From: Azolla caroliniana
Taxonomy: Eukaryota; Plantae; Polypodiophyta
DNA: 64,000 nucleotides
Direction of reading: 5' to 3'
Assembly: GCA_043228905.1 (NCBI GenBank)
Contig: JBHGNT010000011.1
Span: 19,158,001-19,222,000, forward strand
The notes under the pieces were generated by a model. It ran no database searches. It saw nothing but the letters and a program-made list of their open reading frames with translations, and had not been told where the DNA came from. Below are positions 1 to 12,191 of this stretch, piece after piece. Made by a program: the position numbers and the translations under genes. Position 1 is the first letter of the stretch, and every line of letters starts with the position of its first letter.

Positions 1-1990
1 TGTCCTCAAATGTCAAATATGAGCAATTGGACCAAAAGTGAAACATTTTCAGCATAGCATGTGTGGAATTGAAAAATTGTCAATGTTCAAAATGAATTAT
101 TAACATATGTTGCAATTAAGAGTGCAGAGTCGAGCCTGAGCCGAATCACCAAACCATTTATAAATAGTTTAATGGCTCGGTTTAGGCTTGAACCGAGCCA
201 TTGCCGATTCCAAGATGGAGAGACCAGTGCACAAAGAAGAGGAAGAAGAAACTAATAGAGATACTTGGGAGGAAAGCTTGTGTGGTGAGCCATGAGAGGT
301 ATCAGTTACGTCAAGTCATGTGAGTGAGCAAGGAATCCATTGAATATTCCAAAACCCTTAGTCTCCTTCTTAACCTATTGCTTAGTATATTTATTAAACT
401 GTTTTTTTGTAGAGAGGTATTTAGGTAAATATCAAAAAGCTTCATAGGAGTATAATAGTATTTCGGTAAACTTTTGAATATGTCATGGAAACATGATGGC
501 ATGCCTCGAGGTATCTATATTATTCTTTCTCATGGAAATTGTCATATAAGAGAGGAGAAAAATAGGCAATTATGTGAGCCAATAAGGCATCATATTCACC
601 TTTTATGTTGTCCTTTCACTTCACATGGTCTCTTAAAATCCATAGGATATTGATTGAGATTCAAAGGTCATATGTTATCTATGGTTGTTTTTCAATCCTC
701 GTTGTAATTAATATTACTCTATTTGTGAAAAATATAAAAAAGTCATTGTGTGCTTAGTCATCGTTGAGCTACCATCATTTATCGTCGCCATTGGTAAGTC
801 ATGCCTTAGATTGGGTAACTTTGAATCCATTATCATCCCATGAAGATCGCGGTGTGTTGCTATGTGATCTCCAAGTCATAAAGCCATTTGTTGTAATGGG
901 CCTCAAGGATTCGAGGGGATGAGAGAGATATTTTGCTAACATCCTCAGAGTTCAAATATGATTGATCAATGGGACCAAACATGAAAATATTTCATGCAGA
1001 GTGTGGTGTTGAGTAATGATTTTGTCGATGTTGACGACTTTTATTTAGAAACATTGTAATTGAGAGTGCACATTGTGATTACGGGAAAAAGTGTGTTGGC
1101 ATTGGACAAGGTTGACAATGCGTGGAAAGTAATCACAATCATGTTGGGTGAAACATTGTTTAAACATGGGGTGCTCATAGAATGTTGCAATTAAAAGTAC
1201 ACATTTTATCGTGATATGAATGTGTAAGGATTGGACAATATGACAATGTATGCAAAGCAATCTTGAATGTGATCATTGCAACATTTCATAAAAGTGTGGA
1301 TAAGCCAAAACACAAGGCAATGAAACTAGAAAAGAAAACGAGGCTGAAAAATAAAAGAAAATAAATACATACTAGTTGAGCTTGTCACATGGAAGGCGTG
1401 GGCTATGCTTCAACTAGTTAACGGGGAGACCATTGCACAAGAAGAAGAAGAATATGCAAATGCAAATACTTGGAAGGAAGCTTATGTGTGGAGAGGTATG
1501 AGCTACATTGAGTCATATGAGTGAGCAAGGTTTCCATTGAATCTTCACAAACCCCTCGTGCAACTTCTTGACCTATTATTTGGGTGTGGTTATCCATCCA
1601 TGCTTTTGTATTTTGTAGGAGGGTATTCAAGCAATATCCAAAAACCTCCACAGGAATATTTGGGTAAATTTTGAAAATATCATGGAAATTCATTAGCACA
1701 CTCAAAAGAAGAAGAGAGAAAGTGGGTGGTGTTATGCCTTACCGTGGAAGGAGACGAGAAAATGAGAAAAATATGAGTTGCTAAAGTGCCATATTTGCAT
1801 TTTTGTACATAGTATCTCAAAGTCTACAATATATCTAAGGCGATCCCAATATTATATGTTACACATGTTCTCTTTTCCTTTCCATAAATAATGCAAGTCT
1901 ATTTATGAAATAAAAAAGTTATTATGTGTTTTGTCAAGTTGTAATTTCAATTATTGACGAGTTACCATCATTGGCATCCCCATGATTAAT
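1..1990. repeat. Degenerate duplicated ~1.1-1.2 kb unit of an unclassified repeat family
   Basis: Collinear shared blocks: AGTCATGTGAGTGAGCAAGGAATCCATTGAATATTCC (~314-350) vs AGTCATATGAGTGAGCAAGGTTTCCATTGAATCTTCA (~1511-1547). The TGTTGCAATTAAGAGTGCA-like motif occurs at ~108, ~1183, ~3715 and ~38578. Confidence 0.55.
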
Positions 1991-2008
1991 TCATGTATTA
2001 CATGGAAT

Positions 2009-2243
2009 CATAGTATGAACCATACGTACCATATGTGCATTCGCATTCACGAATGTTTCAATCATTCGCATAAGAAAAACACCCTCAAAGAATGATAAAT
2101 ACCATACTTTTGGATTAACTATTTATTATGAGGTAAATAAGCCTAAAAATGGGGGAAAAAAAACACAAGAATGTATTCTCATTCGTTTTCCAACGTAGGA
2201 AAACGAATGGTATGCTAGACGAATACGAATTTTACGTACTATG
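2009..2243. mobile_element. hAT-type MITE (235 bp)
   Basis: Termini CATAGTATG...CGTACTATG; perfect 8-bp TSD CATGGAAT (2001-2008 and 2244-2251); subterminal ATTCG/CGAAT motifs. Confidence 0.85.
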
Positions 2244-3930
2244 CATGGAATAATGTCATTGCATCTTTATATTGACTTATGTTGATTCCATTGTTGCCCT
2301 TAGTTATGGCTTGGTTTGGTTTAGTTTCTTTACCTTAAAACCAACCCTAATTTAATTAAGCCATTTATATGTAAATAGAAATCAAACAAACCATTTATTA
2401 ATTCCAAACCTTTTAAAATAAAGGTAAACTAAATTGGAAAGTGATTGTGGGCCATGCAAATTCCTAAAAAAGTTATATTGTTTAGATGCTTGTTGGTACA
2501 TTATGGGAACCATGTGAAGTCATGGATGTGAGGGCATCACCATGATTTAAAATGTAATAGTTGTGGTTTTCACATTGAATCAGTTCACCATGTCGTATGG
2601 ATATGTCCTACTGCTAGAGTAGTTTGGAAAAGTGTGTTGAGAATTCTATACCATGTTTGTGGTAAACAAATGTATACGTGGGGTGGGGTTTTAGAGATGG
2701 AGAAGGTTTGCTGAAGAAAAACAGAATTATGAAAAGGAGTGTGTTGATTTTCTTCTCCTCTCTGATGGAAGACAAGTATTAGATGTCTCATATGCTACAA
2801 CAATCTCTTGTTTGGTAGAGGACAATGTTTGGTCTACAATATCTACTTTAGTAATTTGGGTATCGTGGAAGGGAAGATGCAAATGTGTATTTCAGAAAGT
2901 TGAATAGAATGCGGCTGAGCTAGATAAAGAGATATGGTTGATGCTTCTGCACACTCTAATATGTCAATATGAGGCAATAACTAGTGAGCTTGATGTTGTG
3001 TTCTGTAAACAACAACATTTTAGAGAGATGTGGACAAAGGTATCTTCACTTGTTCTAGGGAGAGAGTAAAGTGGAGATATACTCCACCAATATGGCTTTT
3101 TCCGGCCCCCATTATGGAATGATCCCGATTTTAGATGTGTAAATACAAATTCGAAGGTATCTGAATGAGGGCTTTTGCTATTCAACATGTTGGTTGATGT
3201 GGGTATGGTGGTTGTGTTTTCATATATGAGTTCTTTGTAGCCTTTAGACATCTTTCCATTAATACCAAAGGTGATCTTAACCCCCACCCCACCCCACAAA
3301 AAAAGGTAAACCAAACTGTTTAACGAAAAGTTGAAACCCAAACCAAACCATTTAATCATATATTTAAATAAAACCATTTAAGTCACATTAATTGAATAAT
3401 TCAATAAATAATAATTAGAAAACTATTAATTCAATTATGAAACCATTAGGGAATTGAAATATAGTTAACCATAAACCATTAAGCAGAACCCCTAAATCAT
3501 TAAACCATGGCTTCACAATTCAATTTGGTTTGAGTTAAAACTAGACACATAGTTAGTCGCCCTATCAAGGTCATGTCGTCTCGTTGCATGGTCATTGTGT
3601 CCTAATCAATCTATTGTTGTGCCCCTAAAGCATTATATAATATATATATATATATGTATATGTAGTATGTGTGCATTTGAGTATTGGCTCTTAATGTCCA
3701 GGATTACCAACAAATGTTGGAATTAAGAGTGCACTTTATGATAGTGAGACAGATGTATATATGGCATGGACATGGTTGAGAAAGTGTGGAAAACAATCTT
3801 GAATGTGGATGATGGAATAATCTATAAAATTGTGATGCTCATACCAACAAACTGGTCTATGGCAAAATATCCATAGTCAACAACTATCCTTTCTTCAACC
3901 CTAAGTCCCATATGGCTTTTGGTCACAATC

Positions 3931-4385
3931 TATTAGAGACATGAACTAATGTAAGCATAAAATAAGGATAGAGGATAGATCAAGATAGAAAGAAGAGAGA
4001 GAAAGAAGGGTGCGGATCCACCCGACCACCCTCGAGCGAAGGGATCGAGACGGACTCGAGCCTCGATCAGCATCCAATACCACCGTCGCGGCGCCGAGTC
4101 GTACATGGTGCTGGCGCTCTCGCTACAAGAGTTGACCCACCACAAGACAAAGTCTCAACGTAGTCAACCAGATGATGAAATGAGGGTAGCTAGGCCTCTT
4201 ATTTATAGCGATACCCAAGGCCCCCAGGCAAGTTCACACTTGGCCTAATGGGTTGTCTCAATCTCGAGGATTAAAAGTAACCCTCCCCTTCTTTAAACTC
4301 TCGTTTAACCCTCACACTTATCCACGTGTATATAATACTACAATAAATTCTCACCACGGGATATTATATGGTCATGCCCGTAACA
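3931..4385 (-). mobile_element. Probable solo LTR (~455 bp)
   Basis: Ends TATTA (decayed TGTTA)...TAACA; near-TSD CAATC/CCATC; minus-strand TATA CTATAAATAAG at 4198-4208; GC-rich core. Confidence 0.5.
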
Positions 4386-5663
4386 CCATCACTGAGCCAT
4401 TGTAACGTGTTGGGAGGGTGTTCAAAGGAAGAAACACAACTCGACTACCAACTGAGGAAAGAAGCTCAAAGTGGCACGAGGACACTACATCAACAAAAGG
4501 CAGTGTTATTGTTGATTGTAGGCGAGGCCTTGTCAATACCATGTAACTTGGATAATTACCATTAGTTTAACCAGTCTACCCTCATTACCATTGTTGCAAA
4601 CACTCCTCAAAATCACCATTGTGGTTATTTTGTAATAATATTGCAAACCATTTCGAGAAATGGTTTACTGTGAAGCTTTGTTTTGAACTTAATCCATCTT
4701 TATTGTGTTAATTGGGTGTGATTAACCATAATTATCTTCTTAACCATTTGAGTGATTCATAATGAGGAATAGAGAATGAGGGGATGAATCGTGGGGTCTC
4801 GAAGTTACATGCATGTGTGTGAAATGTGAGTGGAACCACTGAGGACTTGAACTAGAGATGATGGGTTGCCTCAAGTTGTTACTTTTGGACGTTGTAATAG
4901 TTTTGCTTCGGCTCTTTTGTGTGCGTGAAGATGCATGAATGGTGCCCATGAATCTATATACTTTGGAAGCAGGTATTCGTAAGTGTGGGCTAGGTAAGTT
5001 AGAGTATTTATGAAATTTCCCTGTAATTAATATACATTAAAAATTCATCTAGGTTGGTTAAATCTACATGGAGGATCCTATGAACGATGATGGCCCAGGT
5101 AGCTATGACAGTAGGAGATCTCGTGAATTGCTTCCCGATGTTCAACTTGTTGCAAGGTTGATGGTCAACTTCAGTTATCAAAGCAAGAAGAAGTATAGAC
5201 GTGACAGGAGATCCACTTATTACAACAATTTTCTTTAATCATACCGGTTTTAGGTCTTTGGCCGAATCACCAATAGTTGAGGCACTTGCTACAAGGTCGA
5301 TTGCAAGCAAAAATTGGCCCTATTGAAGATGTGCAATTTCTTGGAAGAGGCTATTCCATGTCGAGTTTCAAGATGGGGCATCTGTCCGAGTATTACTTAC
5401 TCTGAAATTTGTTGATATACGAAGAGCATGGGTTAAATTTGAGCAATGGAAGCATGGTTTTGTCCCCATGAAAGAGACCCAACATGATTTTGTAGTTTTA
5501 ATTGCAAGCTTTCCGGGATTGTCTAAGGAATGTCATCAACTATTGCATCAATTAGGGGGTTTAGTTATAGTTGTCTTAGATGCTTATATACATAAAAAAG
5601 ATGGACAATGATTATGAATACCAACAATAAAATTATTATGTACTAGAGGAAAACATTGTCAGT

Positions 5664-5743
5664 GAGAGTGCAACCTTTGCTACATAATTTGTTAGTTAAG
5701 AGAGTGCAACCTTTGCTACATAATTTGTTAGTTAAGAGAGTGC
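5664..5743. repeat. 36-bp tandem duplication (2.2 copies)
   Basis: GAGAGTGCAACCTTTGCTACATAATTTGTTAGTTAA x2, exact. Confidence 0.95.
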
Positions 5744-6472
5744 CAAAACTAGAATCTAAATTCTATAAACAACCGTTGATTTGGAATTCATGGTTGACTG
5801 ACCAGAGGGGACACATGTTGGGAAGGCTTACTAGATGTGCATGGGCAGAATTAGATGGTGAACCAACACAATCTATAGGTGCGCGGACAACATTTCTGTC
5901 TAAACCTATAGACCAACAAGTGCTAATGTTTAGTAATATAAGGGGTGGATAGATAATGTATTCTACAATACAAAACGCTCTTTCAAATAGTCAGATGCAA
6001 ATTGGATCTGCCACATAGAAGTGGATAGGTTTATTTACTCTATTTGATGTTTTGATTGGAGTAAAAGCCTCTATTGGGGAACAAGAGTGTATGATTTTTT
6101 ATGTACATGATGATGGTAGGTTAATCTTCACACTTAAGGAAACTAATTTGTTTAGATAAAGAGGTGAGGGCGATTGCAAATAATGGATCAAATTGGGGCT
6201 TAGATCCAGATCCACGAGATGTGAATTCTTTTTGGAGGATTTGGATTATGGGAAGGAGACCAATATCTAGATTATCTTGAGATCCCAGAGATCTGTATTA
6301 GAAGGTGTGGGTTCAAGATCAAATAAAATATGTGCCTTTTTTCAATATTCTGTGAAGATTGGTAGGAAAATATTAGGTGCTAGATCATGGAAAGAACTGA
6401 CTGCAAATGTCTTTTGGAGACAAAATGGACTTTCTCCACAACATCTCAAACAATTTTGGAAATGGTTGGGGC

Positions 6473-7118
6473 CATAGATTGACATATTCGCATTCGTCGG
6501 GTTTCCCATTTGAATGCAAACGAATACGAATACGAATATGTGGTCAAGTATTCGTTTAACTAAAACAAAAAACAAAAAAACTTTGTCTTTTTTAATTTTC
6601 TAGGATAAAAAAAAGGAACTTAGACAATAAATAGGGATAATAAAAGAGGGACTTGGGGATTTGTCATTACTAAATTTTTATAATAAATGTATAACTTATA
6701 AATTATAAGTATTTATTTTATTTTTAATAAATAAAATAAAAGCTCATTAATTTCTCACTTTTTATTCCCTCAAAATTTATGGATATTTTTATTTTGACAT
6801 TAAAAATAGTACTTCAAACTAATCATATATTCAAAGTTTATACTAATCATATTTGTATAGTAAATATAAAAATATTCGTTTTTTAAAAATTGATTAATTA
6901 AAATAAGTTTCATAAACTCTCTTGACACTATAATCTATTAATGAATAATTGTTCTTTTTTTGGTAAAATAAATTTATTTAAATAAATAATTAAATATTTT
7001 ATATCTATTTTGCAAAACGAATGGGTTTTTAATATTCTTAGGGCCATTTCATATTCTCGAATATAGAGAATATTGCGCATGGAGAATATCACGAATATCA
7101 CGCATCTGTCAATCTATG
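6473..7118. mobile_element. Non-autonomous hAT element (646 bp)
   Basis: TIR CATAGATTGACA...TGTCAATCTATG (12 bp perfect); 8-bp TSD GTTGGGGC/GTTGTGGC (1 mismatch); subterminal CGAATA repeats; AT-rich interior. Confidence 0.85.
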
Positions 7119-7269
7119 GTTGTGGCATATAAAAATGAATAAAAAAATTGTTTGTTTTCATTGGCTCATGCTATTGTGATGAGACATGGTTTGATGGAAA
7201 AAAATTTGATATCGTCAAATCCACAAATGGAGACTGATAAACCTCAAATATGACAATTGGTATGAAGTA

Positions 7270-7543
7270 GGGAAAAGTACCAAGATACCCCTAGAGGTTC
7301 ATCTATTTACCAGAATGCCCCTGGAAGTTCCAAATTTACCAAACTACCCCTATGTCCAAAAAATTACACTTTATAAAGTAATTATACACTCAAATCTTTG
7401 GTAAATAGGGCTTGTAGATTTGAGTATATAATTACTTTATAAAGTGTAATTTGTTGGACATAGGGGTAGTTTGGTAATTTTGGAACTTCCAGGGGCATTT
7501 TGGTACATAAATGAACTTCCAGGGGTATCCTGGTACTTTTCCC
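7270..7543. mobile_element. Foldback/Mutator-like MITE (274 bp)
   Basis: 128-bp inverted arms (7270-7397 and 7416-7543) beginning GGGAAAAGTACC, 18-nt spacer; degenerate 9-bp TSD TATGAAGTA/TAAGAAATA. Confidence 0.85.
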
Positions 7544-9270
7544 TAAGAAATATTGCAATTTGGTATATTTGGAAGGCTCAATGTTTGAACGTATTTCAAA
7601 ATGTGACTAAAAGACCGGCCCAACTAATTTATGGGATTTGGATAGAGATTGTGCATAATCTCATAGGTTTGTTGGATAGAATAAAAGGTAATATGCAACA
7701 AGCGGAGCTTAAGCGATTGGAGTTTCATGTCATTTGGGACATAAGTATATTTTATAAAAGTTTTTTTGATAAGGCAGAGTTATTTTACTTTGCACCAAAG
7801 TATTTATTTAAGCTAATGGTTAGAATTTAGAAAAAAGGGGATCAATGGTATATCTTGTATGTATAGCCTTATGGCGTTTTCTAATACTAATGTAGTATCT
7901 TTTTTTTGGAAAAAAAATAAAACCTTATATTTGTATATGTGTGTTTTACATGTTTGTTTATAAACATGTATATGTGTAATATATATGACATGTAGTTTTT
8001 GATACACTAAGTGTATAGGTTTCAAGGTGTTCTTAATATGCATGTATATGTGTGTAGATAATTTGTTTTTATAGTGTATGTTTGTGGACGAGTACATGTA
8101 GGTATAAGTGTTGAAATGGGTGTGGGTATAAATTTTATAATATTTTGTAATTGCGTAAGTGTGTACATGTGCAAGTATATTTCAAATGTATCTCTCTATA
8201 AATACTTGATAAACGTTATGTGTTTTTGTTTGTGTATAAGGAGTGGGTAAGTTTACGTTTGTGACAATTGTGTTTTTATGAAGGAAATGTATATTGTATC
8301 AAGTTAAAATTATGTAATAGTGAGTAGGACAAGTATTTGGGGAATTTAGGTTTATCCCCTCTAAAGTTACGGGTAGAGTTTATAGCTAAACCAAACCGAT
8401 CCTTGAACCGGTTTAGGCTAAATCAATTTGGCCTAAACTGGTTTGTGAATCGGTAGTATGAAAAAACCCAAAAACACCACAACCACTTCCTCATACTCTT
8501 CCTCTCCTCCTCATATTTTTTTAGAAAACTTTTGAATCCCACAAGTATAATGTATTTTATTAATCATTATTTTTGAACCATAAATTTCTCTAACCCCCCA
8601 ATTATATTGTGCTCCCCATCCTTATATAGTGATGGGAGAGGCTTAGCGATCCATGCTTTTTCTAACCTCATGCATTTTTTCTATCAAGTATAGCATTGCT
8701 AGATGTGCTTGTGTAGCTTTTTTTCTATCATGCATTTTCTTCTAACTAACTTTTTCCTAGAAAATATGCATGAAATAAAGTTTCTATGTGGGATATCTAC
8801 TTTTTTAACACTCATGTTTTAATATAATTGTAAGGCTTTAAATTATTAACATGGAGGTATAGGGTTCGGATATTGCTCTATGCATGTAATATATATTTAA
8901 AAAATAAAATTCTTCATATTTATTCAATCAATTATTTTATACGTTTTTCACGTAGTGTACGAACTACACTACAACACTCGCCCCCTCCGAACCCGCACAT
9001 CCTTCGGTATGTGCCGAAGTTGCCAATGCTTGTTACTCTCCTTGATCCGTAGCACCTTCTGTTTCTCCCCCCGTGTCGACTTTGTCTCTCTATTTTGAGC
9101 ACATCCATTCCTTGCACCCGAACCATTGTTGTCATATGATCCATCATATTCTTCGTTCACTCTTTGCATTGCCATGACCGTTTGTCATGGATCCTTGTGC
9201 TCTTCTTGAGCTTAACCTTTTATGTCTCGTGCATGTGCTACCTTTATTCCGACTGTCTCCTTGGTCAAGG

Positions 9271-9309
9271 AAAAATTTGGACCATTTCTTGATTTGTGCG
9301 TGTCATCCT
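9271..9309 (-). pseudogene. U6: U6 snRNA 3'-terminal fragment (39 nt)
   Basis: Reverse complement AGGATGACACGCACAAATCAAGAAATGGTCCAAATTTTT matches the plant U6 3' end as recalled, with one mismatch; the 5' part and promoter are absent. Confidence 0.85.
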
Positions 9310-11556
9310 CTCCTCATAACTCCCAACCCCTTGGCCTTACCAGTTGACCATCAATGAGTCCAAATTCAACTCCAAGTCCCACCTCTACGATTGGTCAGTT
9401 GACATCCACGAATCCCATGCCTCCCACCACCAAACCACGAGCCTCGAGGCTATGGCGACCTCTCACTCTCTGTGATCCAACCTTCTGCAAATTTGACATG
9501 CTCCCCCCCACTCCCATCCTCCTCATCTTCCTTTGTAGATTGTTACCGCTCGACCATCGACCACCTCCAATATAGCGAGCTCACGACGAGAGGGTTGATA
9601 TAACCCTTTTTAGACCTCAATATGTCCATTCTCGGTTGCTATTGCCCATCCCTCAACCACCTTCAGGTCGAGCTCGTTGCATCCTAGGTCCAATTCAAGA
9701 GAGAATTTGGAACTAAAATTTCACCTATATGTACAGAAACAACGTATCTATATAACAACAAGAAGGAGGTGCTATAGGCTCCCTCTCCCTCTCTGTTCCT
9801 CTCTCCCATCACTCAACAATTTGTTGCCTATGGCTTCTTGTCACTAAGTCTCACTTTGGTCTTCCACTTAAACAAAGGGTATTCCTATGGAGATGCCTAT
9901 TTGGTGTGCTCCCGACTGGGTCGAATCTTCAAAAGAGATTGGTAGCCTCACCGCATTATGCAAGATGTGGTGGATGATTGGAAACGGTCCCACACTTATT
10001 ATGGAATTGCTCATTCACTACAACATTTGTACAATGACTAAGTGCATCTCTTTATCACAGATTTCCTCGCCGAAGGTTTGGTAAACACTTTTGGCTATCT
10101 AGCTTCTAACTTCTAACTTTCTAATAACAACATAAACACAACAAGTTGACCTAGATATCCAAGCTCATACCCCATTTCATGATAACATAGGAGGCTACAA
10201 ATAGATTTATTATGGGAACTTATGAGGCAATACCACTTCTGTTAGAAATTTGTGTGGAGTTTAATTCAACACACTTCCAAATGAAGTTTGAAATGACTTC
10301 CTTGACAAAAAGGATGAGTTTTGACGAACTTTGTGCGGAGAGGGAGAAAATGGAGCCCAATCAATCAATCATTCTCTCTAAAACAATAAGCAAAATAGAT
10401 GGTATGAGCCTTGAGGTTACATATATTGGACCAAAACCCTCCACAATAGTTGTGAAGACGGTGATAAGATGACCGATGAAAAAAGGCATGAAGAAGTTCA
10501 CCAATTGGTTATAAAATCTCAATGTACAATAATTTCTCATCTCTAGACAATGTCCAAATTCCAAACATGCTTGTACGATGACGTTCAAAGATTCAAAGAT
10601 GGGTTCGCAAATGCCCACATAAGTGGTTATGAACCATGATGGAGAATGAACCTAATGATCTCCAATGTTCATGGCAAATGCCCATTGTTCCATCGACACA
10701 TGATAAAGTTTTGTAAAAAGCGTAAACCATTTGGGATGTATGACACTAAGAACATGCATGGCGACGTGATGGGAGATTTAGACAACAACTTGACATAGAA
10801 GGCACCAAGTCACCTCCTAGAAGGCCACAAATGACCTTATCACAATAACAATCATCACCTCGTATCACGACTCTCCTCATGAAGCATACAAATGAGTCAT
10901 AGGTCAATGGGTCAAGGGACCAAGGGGGGTCCACAATATATAGGTAATGGGACCTTTAATAGAAGGACACTATGCGAGATAAAAAACTATTTGTTGCATA
11001 TGTTTCGAGTGTAAGACAATGAGATGTAAAGTGTCTAAGGCACACTGCTACCCGATAGGTCTTGCAAGGGCCAATTGAGAGTTGGTCACATGTTCATAAA
11101 ACTCTCATCAACACTTGGATATGGTTTTCGGAAAGACATCGCGAGAATGCTCAAGCTTTCTTCATTCTTCCGAAATATCTTGAAGGCTTCGTTATTTCTC
11201 CCCATTGTAAACCTTTACATACGAGTTGATTTGCGCAATCATTCTCTCATTTTTTTTGGCATTTGCTTCCTTTGAAGTCGTCCTTAGAATGTTGATGGTC
11301 TCACTTTTTTATACCCACACCCCCAAGGGGCGTCGAGTGAAAAAAACATTTGGCCCCAATGCTCCCCCCTCGTGAGGGAAGGTGCAATGCAACACATGTT
11401 CGTCCACGGAGCTACCTACTTCTGATGCTATGCTATCAAGTATGCGGTGATGGGGTTGGACGTCAATTGTCGTGATTGGGAGGGGTATCACATATAATTT
11501 CTCAAGCATGGTGGGAGGGGTATATGTGTATTTCCCCTAAAATTGTTCACAAATAC

Positions 11557-11850
11557 GTACACACGTACATGTACACATACACATACACCTATACGCACAC
11601 ATACATACATAGACATAGACATAGACATAAACATAGACATAGACATAGATCCATATAGACATAGACCCATATAGACATAAACATAGACATATTAACATAG
11701 ACCTATGTAGACATAGACATAGACATACCCACATAGACATACACAAACCGACTTACACATACTCACATACCACATACATACATACATACATATATATGTA
11801 TGTATATACATATACATATGCACATACTTATACATACATACACATACACA
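11557..11850. repeat. Compound (CATAGA)n/(CATA)n microsatellite upstream of ALY
   Basis: Directly visible simple repeats. Confidence 0.95.
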
Positions 11851-12191
11851 GGGAAGAAAGCAGAGCTTCTCTTTGATTTCTAGGGTTTCAGAAACTGCAG
11901 ATCGACGCGCAGAATCTTCTTGCTCCCGTCTTTCTTCTTTCTGCCTCACGTCTCGCCTCAGCTCCCTCCATTCTCGCCAGATCTGCAGGCAGCGTGATCT
12001 TCCTTCCTATCCATACTCATCTGCATCCTCATCTTCATCACCATCACCATCGATCCAATCCTCCACCGTCTCTACCTACTATAACAACAGAAGAAGACTC
12101 ATCTCTTCTACAGATTCCCGCCGCCCTGTGCATCATCCGTTTTTGCCCCCTTCCGTCTCTTTTCTGCAGCCACTCCCTGTCGATCTTCGCC

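Larger units (their letters stand above)
5080..7922 (+). mobile_element. Degenerate, internally deleted L1-type LINE (ORF1 remnant, ORF2 C-terminus and A-tail) interrupted by two DNA transposons
   Basis: ~5420-5590 AWVKFEQWKHGFVPMKE...VVLIASFPGLSKECHQLL resembles ORF1 of the LINE near 49.8 kb. The zf-RVT-like FWKWLWHIKMNKK is restored when the hAT insert is removed. 7545-7830 reads AIWYIWKAQCLNVF...GIWIEIVHNL (ORF2 C-terminus). A-rich tail at ~7910-7922. Confidence 0.65.

Noticed and set aside
8930-11510. Scattered 60-86 aa ORFs, possibly a decayed retroelement
   Set aside because: No recognisable domain motifs; cannot be classified from sequence alone.
11476-11949. His/Tyr/Val/Cys-rich ORFs
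   Set aside because: Translations of the (CATAGA)n/(CATA)n microsatellite.
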